A stretch of DNA of 64,000 nt from an uncultured Acidobacteriota bacterium (GCA_963836075.1 CAWIIB010000001.1:64001-128000), one strand, 5' to 3'. Counted from the first letter of the stretch, positions 9,834 to 20,443 are shown. The notes: generated by a model from the sequence alone, not told the origin. Made by a program: numbers and translations.

Positions 9834-10766
9834 TCAGAGCGATCCGATAAGGCCGCGATCGTAGAGCATGGTGATATCCCGCACCCGGCCCTGCGCCGTC
9901 TCCAGGACGTGGCGGGTCTGGCGCAGGATGTCCAGCATCTCCATCTTCTGATCGGGCAGCCGGCCGAACAGACCGCTGTAGACCACCCGGCTCTCCAGCC
10001 AGATGTTGTTGGTGAAGTGGTCCGAGGCCAGTTCGCACGCCTCCAGATCCAGCCCGGTGATGAAACGCTCCACCTCTTCCAGCTTTTCCAGGGGCGACGT
10101 GGGCCGGTAGCTCCCGGCGGTCCGCGCCTCGTCCAGCGCCGACCCTTTCTGGGCCACCAGGGTCCGCAGGCGGATGAAGTGGGGCCGCGCCCGGTTGCAG
10201 ACCTCCGCGGTCTCCCGGGCATGCTCCTTCAGACGGTCCGTGCCGCCGGCGCCGATGAGCACGTAGTAGCAGAGTTCCAGCCCCGCCTCCCTGGCCGCCC
10301 GTCCACCGGCCACCATCTGCTCCGGCGTGGTCCCCTTGGCCAGGAACTTCAGCGTCACCGCATCCCCCGATTCCAGGCCCACGTGAACCCTGGTCAGCCC
10401 GGCCGCTCTCAGACGGCCCAGCTTGTCCGGCCCCAGCATCTTCAGCGTGCGGGCCCGGGCGTAGGAGGTGATCCGCCGGGCCTCGGGGAAGCGCTCTTTC
10501 ACCCGGGCGATCAACTGCTCCGCGTCCTTCAGCACCAGGCTGTCCGAGTCGGCGAGGAACACGGTGGCGGCGCCGGCAAAGATCTCCGCCGCCCGGTCGA
10601 TCTCGTCCAGCAGCTCCGCCGTGGGCCGGGCCTCGAAGCGGCTTTCCCGGTACATGGTGCAGAAGAGGCAGCGGTTCCAGGGGCAGCCCCGGGAGAGGCG
10701 GATCAGGGCCGAGCCGGCCTCGGAAGGGGGCCGGTAGGGCGGGAAGTCGTAGCTGCTGTTCTCCAT
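9834..10766 (-). CDS. radical SAM protein (RPPSE...GCPWNRCLFC family)
   Basis: CxxxxCxxC (CPWNRCLFC), FLADSDSL, GLESGD, SDHFTN. Confidence 0.88.
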   Translation of the reverse strand: MENSSYDFPPYRPPSEAGSALIRLSRGCPWNRCLFCTMYRESRFEARPTAELLDEIDRAAEIFAGAATVFLADSDSLVLKDAEQLIARVKERFPEARRITSYARARTLKMLGPDKLGRLRAAGLTRVHVGLESGDAVTLKFLAKGTTPEQMVAGGRAAREAGLELCYYVLIGAGGTDRLKEHARETAEVCNRARPHFIRLRTLVAQKGSALDEARTAGSYRPTSPLEKLEEVERFITGLDLEACELASDHFTNNIWLESRVVYSGLFGRLPDQKMEMLDILRQTRHVLETAQGRVRDITMLYDRGLIGSL

Positions 10767-10784
10767 CGGCAGGGCTCCGCGGCG

Positions 10785-12329
10785 TTAGGGTACCAGCGCC
10801 CAGGCCGGCACCTCGCCGAGGACGATACCGAAGAGGGGGATGGCGATGGTGTAGACCAGGGCGGTGATCAGCACCACGCCGATCAGGTTGAGCAGCAGGC
10901 CGGCCCGGGCCATCTGGGGGATGCGCACCAGGCGGCTGCCGAAGACGATGGCGTTGGGTGGTGTGGCCACCGGCAGCATGAAGGCGCAGGAGGCGGAGAA
11001 GGCGGCGGGCACCATCAGCAGCAGCGGTGAGACGCCGATGGAGACCGCGGTGGCGGCCAGCACCGGCATCATCAGGTTGCTCACCGCGGTGTTGGAGCTG
11101 ACCTCGGTGAGGAAGGTGATCAGCAGGCAGATGGCGGCCACCAGGATGACCACCGGCACTCCGCGCAGCACGCCCAGCTGGTTGCCGATCCACTGGTCGA
11201 GGCCGCTGGCCTGGAAGCCGGCGGAGAGGGCGAAACCGCCGCCGAAGAGGATCAGCACCCCCCAGGGAATGTTGGCGGCCCAGCGCCAGCGCATGACAAA
11301 GACACCCTTTTTCAGGTCCACCGGCAGGACGAAGAGCAGCACGGCCATGAAGATGGCCACCGTGGAGTCGTCCACCGCCGCGGGGTTGGGGAAGAGCTGG
11401 GACCAGCCGGGGAGGTGCAGCCGGCCGATGTCGATGGGGCTGCGAAAGATCCAGAGCAGGGCGGTGGTGACGAACACGGCCAGGGTCAGCCCCTCGCCGC
11501 GGCCCATGGGCCCCAGCTGGCGCTGCTGTTGCCGGATCACCTCGGGGTCGCAGTTCTCGCCGGCTGCTCCCGGGGGGTGCAGCAGACGGGTCAGCAGCAG
11601 CCAGACCAGCGGGATGAAAACCACCACCAGCGGCAGGCCCACCCCCATCCAGCGGACGAAGCCGATTTCCGGTGCGTCGGGGTAAATGGTTTTCAGCGCC
11701 CCGGCCAGCACCAGGTTGGGCGGCGTGCCGATCAGCGTGCCCAGGCCGCCGATGCTGGCCGAGTAGGCGATGGCCAGCATCAGGCAGGTGCCCAGCCGGT
11801 TGTTCCGGCCGCGTTCCTCGCCGTCCCCGGTGAGGCCGCCGGCCGCCGCCATGGCGATGGGCAGCATCATCAGGGTGGTGGCGGTGTTGGAGATCCACAT
11901 GGAGAGGAAGGCGGTGGCCAGCATGAACCCCAGCACCAGCCGTGAGGGAGTCTTGCCCAGTCGGCAGAGCACCGCCAGGGCGATGCGGCGGTGCAGGTTC
12001 CAGCGCTGCATGGCCACGGCGATGAGAAAACCGCCCAGCAGCAGGTAGATGTTCTTGTCGCCGTAGCAGACGGCGGTCTGCCGGGAGGGCAGGATGTCCA
12101 GCAGGGGATAGGCGGCCAGGGGGATCAGGGCCGCGGCGGCAAAGGGCACGGCCTCGGTGATCCACCAGGCGGCCATCAGCGCGGCCACCGCGGCCATGCG
12201 CATGGCCGCCGGGGGCATGCCCTGCGGCGGCGGCAGCAGAAGCAGGAGGAGGAAAAGCAGCAGCCCCAGGGGCAGGCCCACCAGTTTGGTGGGCGAGATC
12301 CGCTTGATTCTGCTGACGCCTTCAACCAT
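10785..12329 (-). CDS. DASS/SLC13 family sodium:dicarboxylate (anion) symporter
   Basis: LSMWISNTAT, GTLIGTPPN, TEVSSNTA, FMLPVATPPNAIV; many TM helices. Confidence 0.93.
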   Translation of the reverse strand: MVEGVSRIKRISPTKLVGLPLGLLLFLLLLLLPPPQGMPPAAMRMAAVAALMAAWWITEAVPFAAAALIPLAAYPLLDILPSRQTAVCYGDKNIYLLLGGFLIAVAMQRWNLHRRIALAVLCRLGKTPSRLVLGFMLATAFLSMWISNTATTLMMLPIAMAAAGGLTGDGEERGRNNRLGTCLMLAIAYSASIGGLGTLIGTPPNLVLAGALKTIYPDAPEIGFVRWMGVGLPLVVVFIPLVWLLLTRLLHPPGAAGENCDPEVIRQQQRQLGPMGRGEGLTLAVFVTTALLWIFRSPIDIGRLHLPGWSQLFPNPAAVDDSTVAIFMAVLLFVLPVDLKKGVFVMRWRWAANIPWGVLILFGGGFALSAGFQASGLDQWIGNQLGVLRGVPVVILVAAICLLITFLTEVSSNTAVSNLMMPVLAATAVSIGVSPLLLMVPAAFSASCAFMLPVATPPNAIVFGSRLVRIPQMARAGLLLNLIGVVLITALVYTIAIPLFGIVLGEVPAWALVP

Positions 12330-12753
12330 TCAGTGACCCGGCCCCCACGCTCCGTCCCCCCATTGCAGCACTTTAATCCTCACCCGGGCCACACCCTGGT
12401 CCATCATCTGCAGCTTTCTGGCCGCCTTTTTGGAGAGGTCGATGATCCGGCCCTCAACAAAGGGGCCACGATCGGTGATCCTCACCTTCACCGTGCGGCC
12501 GTTCTCCAGGTTGGTCACCCGCAACAGGGTGCCGAAGGGCAGCACCCGGTGGGCCGCGGTGAGCTTGCGCTGGTTGTAGCGGCTGCCGTCCGCGGCCGGT
12601 CTTGCCATGGAACCCCGGCCCGTACCACGAGGCCAGGCCCTCCTCCTCCTCGGGCCAGGAGTGCTTCTTGTTGGTCCCGCAGCCGGAGAGCCACAGCTGG
12701 GCGGCCAGCAGGAGCAGCAGGAGGACGGTGGATATGGTGCGGATGCGGTTCAC
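12330..12753 (-). CDS. rlpA: septal ring lytic transglycosylase RlpA family lipoprotein (one frameshift near 12598)
   Basis: Lipobox LSGC, GLASWYGPGFHG, then in next frame TAAHRVLPFGT, VRITDRGPFVEGRIIDLS. Confidence 0.88.
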
Positions 12754-12829
12754 TTGGGCTCCGCCCGGAGATGCCGGCGGCTGGGGGATCAGGGGAGCTT
12801 CAATGTCCCGGTGAGCTCGGTCACCGATG

Positions 12830-13729
12830 TCAATGCCCTGCTCGCTCGAGATAGGCGCTGATTCCCTCGCAGACCTTCACCGCCGCGTCCGGTTCGATGT
12901 AGTTGGCCGTGCCCACCTGCACCGCGTCGGCCCCGCAGATCAGGAACTGGATCGCGTCTTCGGCGGCGGCGATCCCGCCAATGCCGATCAGCGGCACGCC
13001 GAGGCCGGCCCGGTAGACCTGGTGCACCATCCGCAGGGCCACCGGCCGGATGGCCGGGCCGGAAAGCCCGCCCACCACGTTGCGCAGGTGGGGGGTGCGG
13101 GTCTCGATGTCCACGCTCATCCCCAGCAGGGTGTTGATCAGCGACAGCGCGTCGGACCCGCCCTCCACGGCGGCGCGGGCCAGCAGGACGATGTCGGTGA
13201 CATTGGGGGTCATCTTGGTGATCACCGGCAGGCTGGTGGCTTCCCGCACGGCCTGCACCACGCTCTTCAGCATCACCGGGTCGTTGCCGAAGGCGATGCC
13301 GCCCCTGGTCACATTGGGGCAGGAGACGTTGATCTCCACCGCGGCCACCCCTTCGGCCTTTTCCAGGGCGGCGGCAACGGCGGCGTATTCCTCCACCGTT
13401 TCACCAAAGATGTTGGCGATCACCGCGGTGTCGTACTCGCGGAGCCGGGGAAGATACTCGCTGATGAAGTAGGCCACCCCCACGTTCTGCAGGCCGATGG
13501 CGTTGAGCATCCCGGCCGGGGTCTCCATGATCCGCGGCGGCAGGTTCCCCGGACGGGGTTTGAGCGACAGCCCCTTGACGCAGACGCCGCCCAGGCGGTT
13601 GAGGTCCAGCTTGTCCGCAAACTCCAGCCCGTAGCCAAAGGTGCCGCTGGCGGTGAGCACCGGGTTCTTCAGGTGCAGCGCGCCGATGTCCACCCCGAGG
13701 TCCGGGCCGTGACTACTGGAAGAGGCCAA
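12830..13729 (-). CDS. pyrD: dihydroorotate dehydrogenase family 1B catalytic subunit
   Basis: ASGTFGYG, NAIGLQN, EINVSCPN, KMTPNV, INT, GGLSGPAI, GIGGI. True C-terminus probably continues in a shifted frame (...SVTELTGTLKLP*) to about 12790. Confidence 0.94.
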   Translation of the reverse strand: MASSSSHGPDLGVDIGALHLKNPVLTASGTFGYGLEFADKLDLNRLGGVCVKGLSLKPRPGNLPPRIMETPAGMLNAIGLQNVGVAYFISEYLPRLREYDTAVIANIFGETVEEYAAVAAALEKAEGVAAVEINVSCPNVTRGGIAFGNDPVMLKSVVQAVREATSLPVITKMTPNVTDIVLLARAAVEGGSDALSLINTLLGMSVDIETRTPHLRNVVGGLSGPAIRPVALRMVHQVYRAGLGVPLIGIGGIAAAEDAIQFLICGADAVQVGTANYIEPDAAVKVCEGISAYLERAGH

Positions 13730-14591
13730 GGTCCACCTCCTCCCCGTTGAACACCGGTCCCTCGGTGCAGACCCGGCTGTAGACCGCCGAGCCGTCGGGC
13801 GCCGGTGCGGACGCGGGAACCACGCAGCCGAGGCATACCCCGAGGCCGCAGCCCATGCGGGTCTCCAGCGAGATCTCCACCGGCAACCGGTGCTCGCGGC
13901 AGATATCCACCACCGCGGTCATCATCGGGTTGGGACCGCAGGCGTAGACCACCGTTTTGCCGGTGGGCATCTGCGGGATGTCCCGGGTCAGGGGCGCGGT
14001 GACGAATCCCTTCTCGCCGCAGCTGCCGTCCTCGGTGGCCAGGACGGATTCCACGCCCCGTGACACGAAGGCGTCCAGTTCCACCAGATCCTGTTCGCTG
14101 CGGCCGCCGAAATAGAGCCTCACCGGCACGTCGACACGCTGCAGGGCGTCCACCAGCATGGGGAAGGGGGCCACACCGATGCCGCCGGCCACGATAACCG
14201 CCAGTTCCGGGTTGCGGAAGCGTGGCTCCGCTGCCGGTCCGGGGATGGTGAACCCCTCGCCGATGGGCCCCAGGCAGTCCAGCGGCTCGCCCGGTTGCAG
14301 GCGGGCCATGATCGCCGTGCCGCTGCCCACCACCTTGTAGAGAAAGGTCAGTCTGATCATCGGGTTGTTGCCCGCATCGTTGATGCCCATGCGCATGGTG
14401 CAGACGCTGATCGGGCGCCGGAGCAGGGGGGCGGTGCCGTGGCCCAGGCGGACCATGTAGAACTGCCCCGGCCGCGGCGGGGGTGCGGTGTCGGCTCTGG
14501 TCTCCACCAGCAGACGTCCGCAGTCGCCGCCCAGCAGGCGGTTTTCCCTCACGGTCCAGATCTGGCTGGTCATGCTCTGCTCCACGATCAT
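13713..14591 (-). CDS. pyrK: dihydroorotate dehydrogenase electron transfer subunit
   Basis: PGQF, LRRPIS, GGIGVAP, YACGP, MGCGLGVCLGC...VCTEGPVF. Confidence 0.92.
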   Translation of the reverse strand: MIVEQSMTSQIWTVRENRLLGGDCGRLLVETRADTAPPPRPGQFYMVRLGHGTAPLLRRPISVCTMRMGINDAGNNPMIRLTFLYKVVGSGTAIMARLQPGEPLDCLGPIGEGFTIPGPAAEPRFRNPELAVIVAGGIGVAPFPMLVDALQRVDVPVRLYFGGRSEQDLVELDAFVSRGVESVLATEDGSCGEKGFVTAPLTRDIPQMPTGKTVVYACGPNPMMTAVVDICREHRLPVEISLETRMGCGLGVCLGCVVPASAPAPDGSAVYSRVCTEGPVFNGEEVDLGLFQ

Positions 14592-14671
14592 CTCGAGAAT
14601 TCTCCCGCTGTCCGTCCGCAGGGAGATGGTAGCAGAACGCCGGTGATCGAGTAAACAGCGTCGGCTTTTTC

Positions 14672-14700
14672 TTGCTTTCCGCAGGCGCGGTGTGTACCAT
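14672..14700 (+). promoter_or_regulatory. sigma70-type promoter of pyrR-pyrB-pyrC
   Basis: TTGCTT-17 bp-TACCAT, preceded by a T-rich tract. Confidence 0.55.
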
Positions 14701-14889
14701 GAAACACCCTGAACGGGCACGCGGATCGGGCTGCAGGACCGGTTCGTTCCGGGTATCACGAACTTACAGACACAGCGACGAGATGCTGCCGCTCGCGGTC
14801 CGGGTCAATCACCCGGGCCACAGGCCACCGGGTTTCCTTGTGTCCGGGTGGCGGCGGCCTTGCGTCTGGGGAAAGGACATCACGCGATC

Positions 14890-15441
14890 ATGGCCAGGAT
14901 AGAACTGAAGTCAAAACTGATGGACCAGTCGGAAATCGACCGGGCCCTGGACCGTATCGCACTGGAGATCCTCGAGGCCAACCACGGGACCGAGGACCTG
15001 GTGCTGGTGGGGATCCGGACCCGCGGTGTCTACCTGGCCCAGCGGCTGGCGGAAAAGATACAGCAGCGGGAGGGGATCGAGATCCCGGTGGGCATCCTCG
15101 ACATCACCCTCTACCGCGACGATCTCACCGCGGTGGGGCCGCAGCCGATCATTCGCAAGACCGAGATCCCGTTCCGCATCACCTCGATGAAGGTGGTGCT
15201 GGTGGACGATGTGCTCTACACCGGGCGCACCATCAGGGCCGCCCTCGATGCGCTGATCGATTTTGGCCGGCCCAAGACGATCCAGCTGGCCGTGCTGGTG
15301 GACCGCGGGCTGCGCGAGCTGCCGATCCGGGAGGACTACGTGGGGCTGAAGTTGACCACCACCGCCGACGAGTCGGTGAAGGTGATGCTGGAGGAAGTGG
15401 ACGGGGCGGAAGAAGTTCAGTTGCGTACAGTGGAGGAGTGA
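14890..15441 (+). CDS. pyrR: PyrR bifunctional regulator / uracil phosphoribosyltransferase
   Basis: [45 protein letters not shown]. Confidence 0.95.
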   Translation: MARIELKSKLMDQSEIDRALDRIALEILEANHGTEDLVLVGIRTRGVYLAQRLAEKIQQREGIEIPVGILDITLYRDDLTAVGPQPIIRKTEIPFRITSMKVVLVDDVLYTGRTIRAALDALIDFGRPKTIQLAVLVDRGLRELPIREDYVGLKLTTTADESVKVMLEEVDGAEEVQLRTVEE

Positions 15442-15447
15442 GCCCGA

Positions 15448-16392
15448 ATGCCTGCGAAAATCAATCACCTCTTGGGCATCGAGCCCATGGACCGTGAGCA
15501 GATCGAAATGATCCTCGACACGGCCGAGTCCTTCAAGGAGATCTCCACCAGGTCGATCAAGAAAGTGCCCACCCTGCGGGGCAAGACGGTGATCAACCTC
15601 TTCTTCGAGCCGTCCACCAGAACGAGGAGTTCTTTCGAGATTGCAGAAAAACGGCTCAGCGCCGACTCACTGAATTTCTCAGCTTCCACCAGCGCGGTGC
15701 TCAAGGGCGAGACCCTGCTGGACACCGTGCGCAACCTCGAGGCGATGAACCCCGACGTGTTCGTCATCCGGCACGCCTGCGCCGGAGCGGCGGCAATGAT
15801 TACCGGCGCCACCGGTGCTTCGGTGATCAACGCCGGGGACGGGGCCCACGAGCACCCGACCCAGGCCCTGCTGGATGCCTTCACCATCCGCGAGCACAAG
15901 AAGAAGATCGACGGGTTGCGGGTGGCCATCGTCGGCGACATCGCGCACAGCCGCGTGGTCCGCTCCAACATCTTCCTGCTCAACAAGCTGGGGGCCAGCG
16001 TGATCCTCTGCGGGCCGTCCACCCTGCTGCCGCCGTACGCCGCCGTCCTGGGGGTGGAGACCACCACCAGCATCGATCAGGCGCTGGACGGGGCCGATGT
16101 GGTGATGATGCTGCGGGTGCAGCTGGAGCGGATGAAACTCTCGCTCTTCCCGTCGGCCAAGGAGTATTTCCGCCTCTTCGCCCTGACTGCGGAACGGGTC
16201 CAGCTGGCCAGGGACGATGTGATCATCATGCACCCCGGGCCGATGAACCGCGGCGTGGAGATTGCCTCCGAGGTGGCCGACGGCCCCTACTCGGTGATTC
16301 TCGAGCAAGTGACCAACGGGGTGGCGGTGCGCATGGCCGCCCTCTATCTGCTGATCGGAGGGGGAGAGGAAGAAGATGAAGTTGAGAATTAA
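15448..16392 (+). CDS. pyrB: aspartate carbamoyltransferase catalytic subunit
   Basis: [39 protein letters not shown]. Confidence 0.97.
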   Translation: MPAKINHLLGIEPMDREQIEMILDTAESFKEISTRSIKKVPTLRGKTVINLFFEPSTRTRSSFEIAEKRLSADSLNFSASTSAVLKGETLLDTVRNLEAMNPDVFVIRHACAGAAAMITGATGASVINAGDGAHEHPTQALLDAFTIREHKKKIDGLRVAIVGDIAHSRVVRSNIFLLNKLGASVILCGPSTLLPPYAAVLGVETTTSIDQALDGADVVMMLRVQLERMKLSLFPSAKEYFRLFALTAERVQLARDDVIIMHPGPMNRGVEIASEVADGPYSVILEQVTNGVAVRMAALYLLIGGGEEEDEVEN

Positions 16393-17656
16393 CAACGGCC
16401 GGGTGATCGATCCCGCCAACGGCGTTGACGGTCCATTCGACGTGCTGGTGGAGGATGGCAAGGTGCAGGCGGTGGCCGCGGACCTGGGCGACACCCCGGG
16501 GGCCACGGTGATCGACGCCACGGGCAAGGTGGTCTGTCCCGGGTTCATCGACATCCACACCCACCTGCGCCAGCCCGGTTACGAATACAAGGAGACCATC
16601 CACAGCGGGTCGCTGGCTGCGGCTGCCGGGGGGTTCACCTCCATCGCCTGCATGCCCAACACCAATCCGCCCATCGACAACCAGTCGGTGGTGGAGTTCG
16701 TGGTCTCCACGGCGCTCAGCGAAGCGGTGGTCAATATCTTTCCGGTGGGGGCGGTGAGCAAGGGGCTCAAGGGCAAGGAACTGGCCGAGATGGGCGAGAT
16801 GCAGGAGGCGGGCATCGTCGCCGTTTCCGACGACGGCCTGCCGGTGGTCTCCAGCCACATGATGCGCCGGGCCCTGGAATACGCCTCCATGCTGGGCATG
16901 CCGGTGGTCAACCACGCCGAAGACCCCACCCTGGTCCCCCGGTGGTCGATGCACGAGGGTGAGATCTCCACCCGCCTGGGCCTGGCCGGTCTGCCCGGTG
17001 CCGGCGAGGAGATCATGATCGCCCGGGACATCATCCTCGCCGAGATGACCGGGGGCCTGCTGCACATTCCGCATCTCAGCACCCGCGGCGCCCTGGCCCT
17101 GGTGCGCGAGGCAAAGAAACGCGGTGTGCGGGTCACCGCCGAAGTCTCTCCCCACCACTTCAGCCTCACCGACGAGGCGGTGCTGGGGTTTGATCCCAAC
17201 ACCAAGATGAGCCCGCCGCTGCGGTGCAAGGCTGACCGGGAGGCGATGCTGGAGGGGCTGGCCGACGGCACCCTCGACTGTATCGCCACCGATCACGCGC
17301 CGCACCACCCGGACGAGAAGGCACTGGAATACGACAACGCACCCTGCGGCATCATCGGGCTGGAAACAGCGGTGAGCCTCTCCCTGGACCGCCTGGTCCA
17401 CGGCGGGGTGCTGGAACTGCCGGCCATGGTCCGCTGTTTCACCACCGCCCCGGCGGCGATCTTCAACCTGGACAAGGGCACGCTCTCCAGCGGGGCCGAT
17501 GCCGACATCACCATCATCGACCTTCAGCGGCCGGCGGTGGTGGATGCGCAAACCTCGAAGTCGCTGAGCCGCAACACACCGTTCCAGGGCATGGAACTCA
17601 CCGGGGGGCCGGTGACCACCATCGTCGGGGGCGACGTGGTCTGGCAACTGGACTGA
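16376..17656 (+). CDS. pyrC: dihydroorotase
   Basis: [31 protein letters not shown]. Confidence 0.95.
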   Translation: MKLRINNGRVIDPANGVDGPFDVLVEDGKVQAVAADLGDTPGATVIDATGKVVCPGFIDIHTHLRQPGYEYKETIHSGSLAAAAGGFTSIACMPNTNPPIDNQSVVEFVVSTALSEAVVNIFPVGAVSKGLKGKELAEMGEMQEAGIVAVSDDGLPVVSSHMMRRALEYASMLGMPVVNHAEDPTLVPRWSMHEGEISTRLGLAGLPGAGEEIMIARDIILAEMTGGLLHIPHLSTRGALALVREAKKRGVRVTAEVSPHHFSLTDEAVLGFDPNTKMSPPLRCKADREAMLEGLADGTLDCIATDHAPHHPDEKALEYDNAPCGIIGLETAVSLSLDRLVHGGVLELPAMVRCFTTAPAAIFNLDKGTLSSGADADITIIDLQRPAVVDAQTSKSLSRNTPFQGMELTGGPVTTIVGGDVVWQLD

Positions 17657-17707
17657 CCTCGCTGCCCGATCACCATCTCGATAGAAAATCACGGAAAGGA
17701 ACCGACC

Positions 17708-18190
17708 GTGGCGAAAATGATCGACGAGCTGACGGCCAGGCTCGACAAGGAATTCAAGGAAGCCGAACACGAGCTGAAGGTCATCCTGCCCAAGGAGATC
17801 CGGAAAGCAACCGACATGGGCGACCTCTCGGAGAATGCCGAATACAAGGCCGCCCTGGAGCGCCAGGAGTTTCTCAAGGCCCGTCTGGAGCAGCTGCTCA
17901 AACGGCTCCAGGAGCTCTCCATGCTCAACGTCAACCGCCTGCCCCGCGACCGCGTGGCTTTTGGCACCTGGATGAACGTCTTCGACGTGGAGAAGGACGA
18001 AGAGCATGAGTTCACCCTGGTGATGCCCGAGGACGCCGACCTGAAAAAGGGGCTGATCTCCACCAGCTCGCCGCTGGGCCGCGGGTTCATCGGCAAGTCC
18101 GAAGGCGACGAGGTGCGGATCGACACCCCCGGCGGGACCCGTAATTTCGAGATCCTCGAACTGAAGACGATCCACGACCAGGAAGACTGA
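17708..18190 (+). CDS. greA: transcription elongation factor GreA
   Basis: GDLSENAEYKAA, ISTSSPLGR. Confidence 0.93.
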   Translation: MAKMIDELTARLDKEFKEAEHELKVILPKEIRKATDMGDLSENAEYKAALERQEFLKARLEQLLKRLQELSMLNVNRLPRDRVAFGTWMNVFDVEKDEEHEFTLVMPEDADLKKGLISTSSPLGRGFIGKSEGDEVRIDTPGGTRNFEILELKTIHDQED

Positions 18191-18215
18191 TCCCGATTGC
18201 GGCGGGGGACCAAGG

Positions 18216-18917
18216 GTGACCGAGGACGGCAGCACGCGGCTCCAACCGCCCCGTTCCCGCGGGGCGCGGATCTTTTTCCACCTGCTGGCCAGCGTGGCCG
18301 TGGCCTGTCTGTATGGTTACTACGTGCAGCGGGACTTCAGGACCGTACTCGACATACTGGGCTGGCCCCTGGCCGCGGGCTGGCAGGAGAAAATCGCCCA
18401 GCCCGGCCTGCTCAGCATCCTGCTGCTGCTGGTGCGCAACAGCCTGCTGACCTTCTTCTTCCTCTCCCGCAAGCTGAGCAAGGAGACCTCGAGCGAGTTC
18501 CTGCCCTGGGCGGCGGCGGTGGGCGGCACACTGATCGGCTACGTCTTTACTACCACCACCGGCGGCTCACCGTTGCTGATCCAGATTGGGAGCTGGGTGA
18601 TGGTGGCCGGGGTGCTCCTCGCCGTCATCGCCGTCTCCTCCCTGGGCCGCAGTTTCGGCATCGTCCCCTCCAACCGCGGCATCCGCACCGGAGGCATGTA
18701 TCGGCTGGTGCGCCACCCGGCCTACGGCACCTACTTCATCATCGACCTCGGGTTCGTGATGGTCCACCCTTCGTTGCGCAACCTGCTGGTTTTCGCCGCC
18801 TTTATCCTGCTCAGCTACTACCGCTCGGTCTACGAGGAGCAGCTGCTGATGGGCGACCCCGAATACCAGGCCTACCGTCAGACCGTTCCCTGGCGCTTCA
18901 TCCCCGGTATCTGGTAG
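18216..18917 (+). CDS. isoprenylcysteine carboxylmethyltransferase/PEMT family membrane protein
   Basis: LGRSFGIVP.NRGI...G.YRLVRHP.Y, EEQLL..DPEY..Y...VPWRFIPG; TM helices. Confidence 0.85.
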   Translation: MTEDGSTRLQPPRSRGARIFFHLLASVAVACLYGYYVQRDFRTVLDILGWPLAAGWQEKIAQPGLLSILLLLVRNSLLTFFFLSRKLSKETSSEFLPWAAAVGGTLIGYVFTTTTGGSPLLIQIGSWVMVAGVLLAVIAVSSLGRSFGIVPSNRGIRTGGMYRLVRHPAYGTYFIIDLGFVMVHPSLRNLLVFAAFILLSYYRSVYEEQLLMGDPEYQAYRQTVPWRFIPGIW

Positions 18918-18922
18918 GCGGT

Positions 18923-19399
18923 TCAGACCCGGCCCACCTGGCGCAAGGCCTCGTAGACGATCACCGAGACGGCGTTGGAGAGGTTGATGCTGCGCACCGG
19001 GCCGAAGATGGGGATGGCGTAGGTCCGTTCGCGGTTGGCCTCCAGCAGCTCCCCGGGCAGGCCCACCGATTCTTTGCCAAAAACCAGATAGTCGCCTTCG
19101 CGGTAGCTGGCCGAGGTGTAGGAGCGGTCCGCCTTGGAGGAGAAGAAGAAGACCCGCTGGGGGTCGGCGGGGGAGAGGGCCTCTTCCACGGTGTCGTGGT
19201 ATTCCACCCGGATGTGCGGCCAGTAATCCAGCTGGGCCCGCTTGAGGTGCTTGTCGTCGGTGGAGAAGCCGAGCTTGCCCACCAGGTGGAGCATGGCGTG
19301 GGTGGCGGCGCAGACCCGGCCGATGGTCCCGGTGTTCTGGGGGATCTCCGGCTCCACCAGCACCACGTGCAGCAGGGTGGGGGTGGCCTCGCCGCTCAT
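18923..19399 (-). CDS. trmL: tRNA (cytidine/uridine-34-2'-O)-methyltransferase
   Basis: LVEPEIPQNTGTIGR, LGF, RAQLDYW, FGKESVGLP, RSINLSNA. Confidence 0.92.
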   Translation of the reverse strand: MSGEATPTLLHVVLVEPEIPQNTGTIGRVCAATHAMLHLVGKLGFSTDDKHLKRAQLDYWPHIRVEYHDTVEEALSPADPQRVFFFSSKADRSYTSASYREGDYLVFGKESVGLPGELLEANRERTYAIPIFGPVRSINLSNAVSVIVYEALRQVGRV

Positions 19400-20370
19400 C
19401 AGTCGTCGCCGTCCGGGGGGAAGAGTTTGCTCAGGTAGCGTGAGGCGCCGTCAGGGAAGATGGTGACGATCCGTTTCGGCTGCTCGAGGGATCGGGCCAG
19501 TTTCATCACGCCCCAGATGGCGGCGCCGCTCGATCCGCCGGCCATGATCCCTTCCTCGCGGACCAGCCTGCGGGTCCAGTCAAAGGCCTCCTCGTCGCGG
19601 ACCTGGTAGATGTCGTCGATGACGTCGAAATTGATGGTGCCGATGATGAACTCGTCCCCCAGGCCCTCCACCTGGTAGGGCCGGGAGGGCACCAGCTTCC
19701 CGGTGTGGAAGTAGTCGTGGAACACCGAGCCCAGCGGGTCGACGGCGATGACCCGGATCTTCGGGTCCTGTTCCTTGAGAAAGCGGGCCGCCCCGCAGAG
19801 GGTGCCTCCGGTGCCGATGCCGGCCACCAGGTAGTCGATCCGCCCCTCCATCTGGGACCAGATCTCGGGCCCGGTGGTGTGGTAGTGGGCGTCGTTGTTC
19901 TCCCGGTTGTTGTGCTGGTCGGGGAAATAGCAGCCCGGCGTGTCGGCCACCAGGTGCGGGGTGATGTTGTTGTAACTGTCCGGTTCATCGGGGTGGATGG
20001 TGCTGTCCACCTGGTGGACCTCCACCCCCAGGGCGCGGAGCTGGCTGATTTTTTCCGGGCTGATGCTGTCCCGCACCACCACTTTCAGCCGGTAGCCCTT
20101 CTGGATGGCCACCATGGCCAGGCCCAGGGCGGTGTTTCCCGAGGAATTTTCGATGATCAACTGGCCGTCCCGCAGCCGCCCGTCCTCCTCGGCCTTCTCG
20201 ATCATGTATTTGGCCACCCGGTCCTTGACGCTGCCCATGGGGTTGAGGAATTCGAGCTTGGCGTAGACCGGGGAGGCCAGGTCACCGGTGATCCGGTTCA
20301 ACCGGACCAGGGGCGTACGGCCCACCGCGTCGAGGATGCTCTCCAGTTTTCCTGCGCTACGCTGGTCCAT
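19399..20370 (-). CDS. PLP-dependent cysteine synthase / cystathionine beta-synthase family protein
   Basis: GRTPLVRL, KLEFLNPMGSVKDR, SSGNT, HYHTTGPEI, GTGGT, GGSSG. Confidence 0.9.
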   Translation of the reverse strand: MDQRSAGKLESILDAVGRTPLVRLNRITGDLASPVYAKLEFLNPMGSVKDRVAKYMIEKAEEDGRLRDGQLIIENSSGNTALGLAMVAIQKGYRLKVVVRDSISPEKISQLRALGVEVHQVDSTIHPDEPDSYNNITPHLVADTPGCYFPDQHNNRENNDAHYHTTGPEIWSQMEGRIDYLVAGIGTGGTLCGAARFLKEQDPKIRVIAVDPLGSVFHDYFHTGKLVPSRPYQVEGLGDEFIIGTINFDVIDDIYQVRDEEAFDWTRRLVREEGIMAGGSSGAAIWGVMKLARSLEQPKRIVTIFPDGASRYLSKLFPPDGDD

Positions 20371-20443
20371 TGTCGTCTTGTTCACCGGGAGATCTTGGAA
20401 AATCGGCAGTGAAATGTTAGGATCTTTCGCGGTCAAATCCCTG

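Noticed and set aside
9679-12165. 828-aa minus-strand ORF and many other long alternative-frame or antisense ORFs (e.g. 16226-18235, 54854-56746)
   Set aside because: Shadow ORFs expected at high GC; they overlap well-supported genes and are Arg/Pro/Gly-rich with no motifs.
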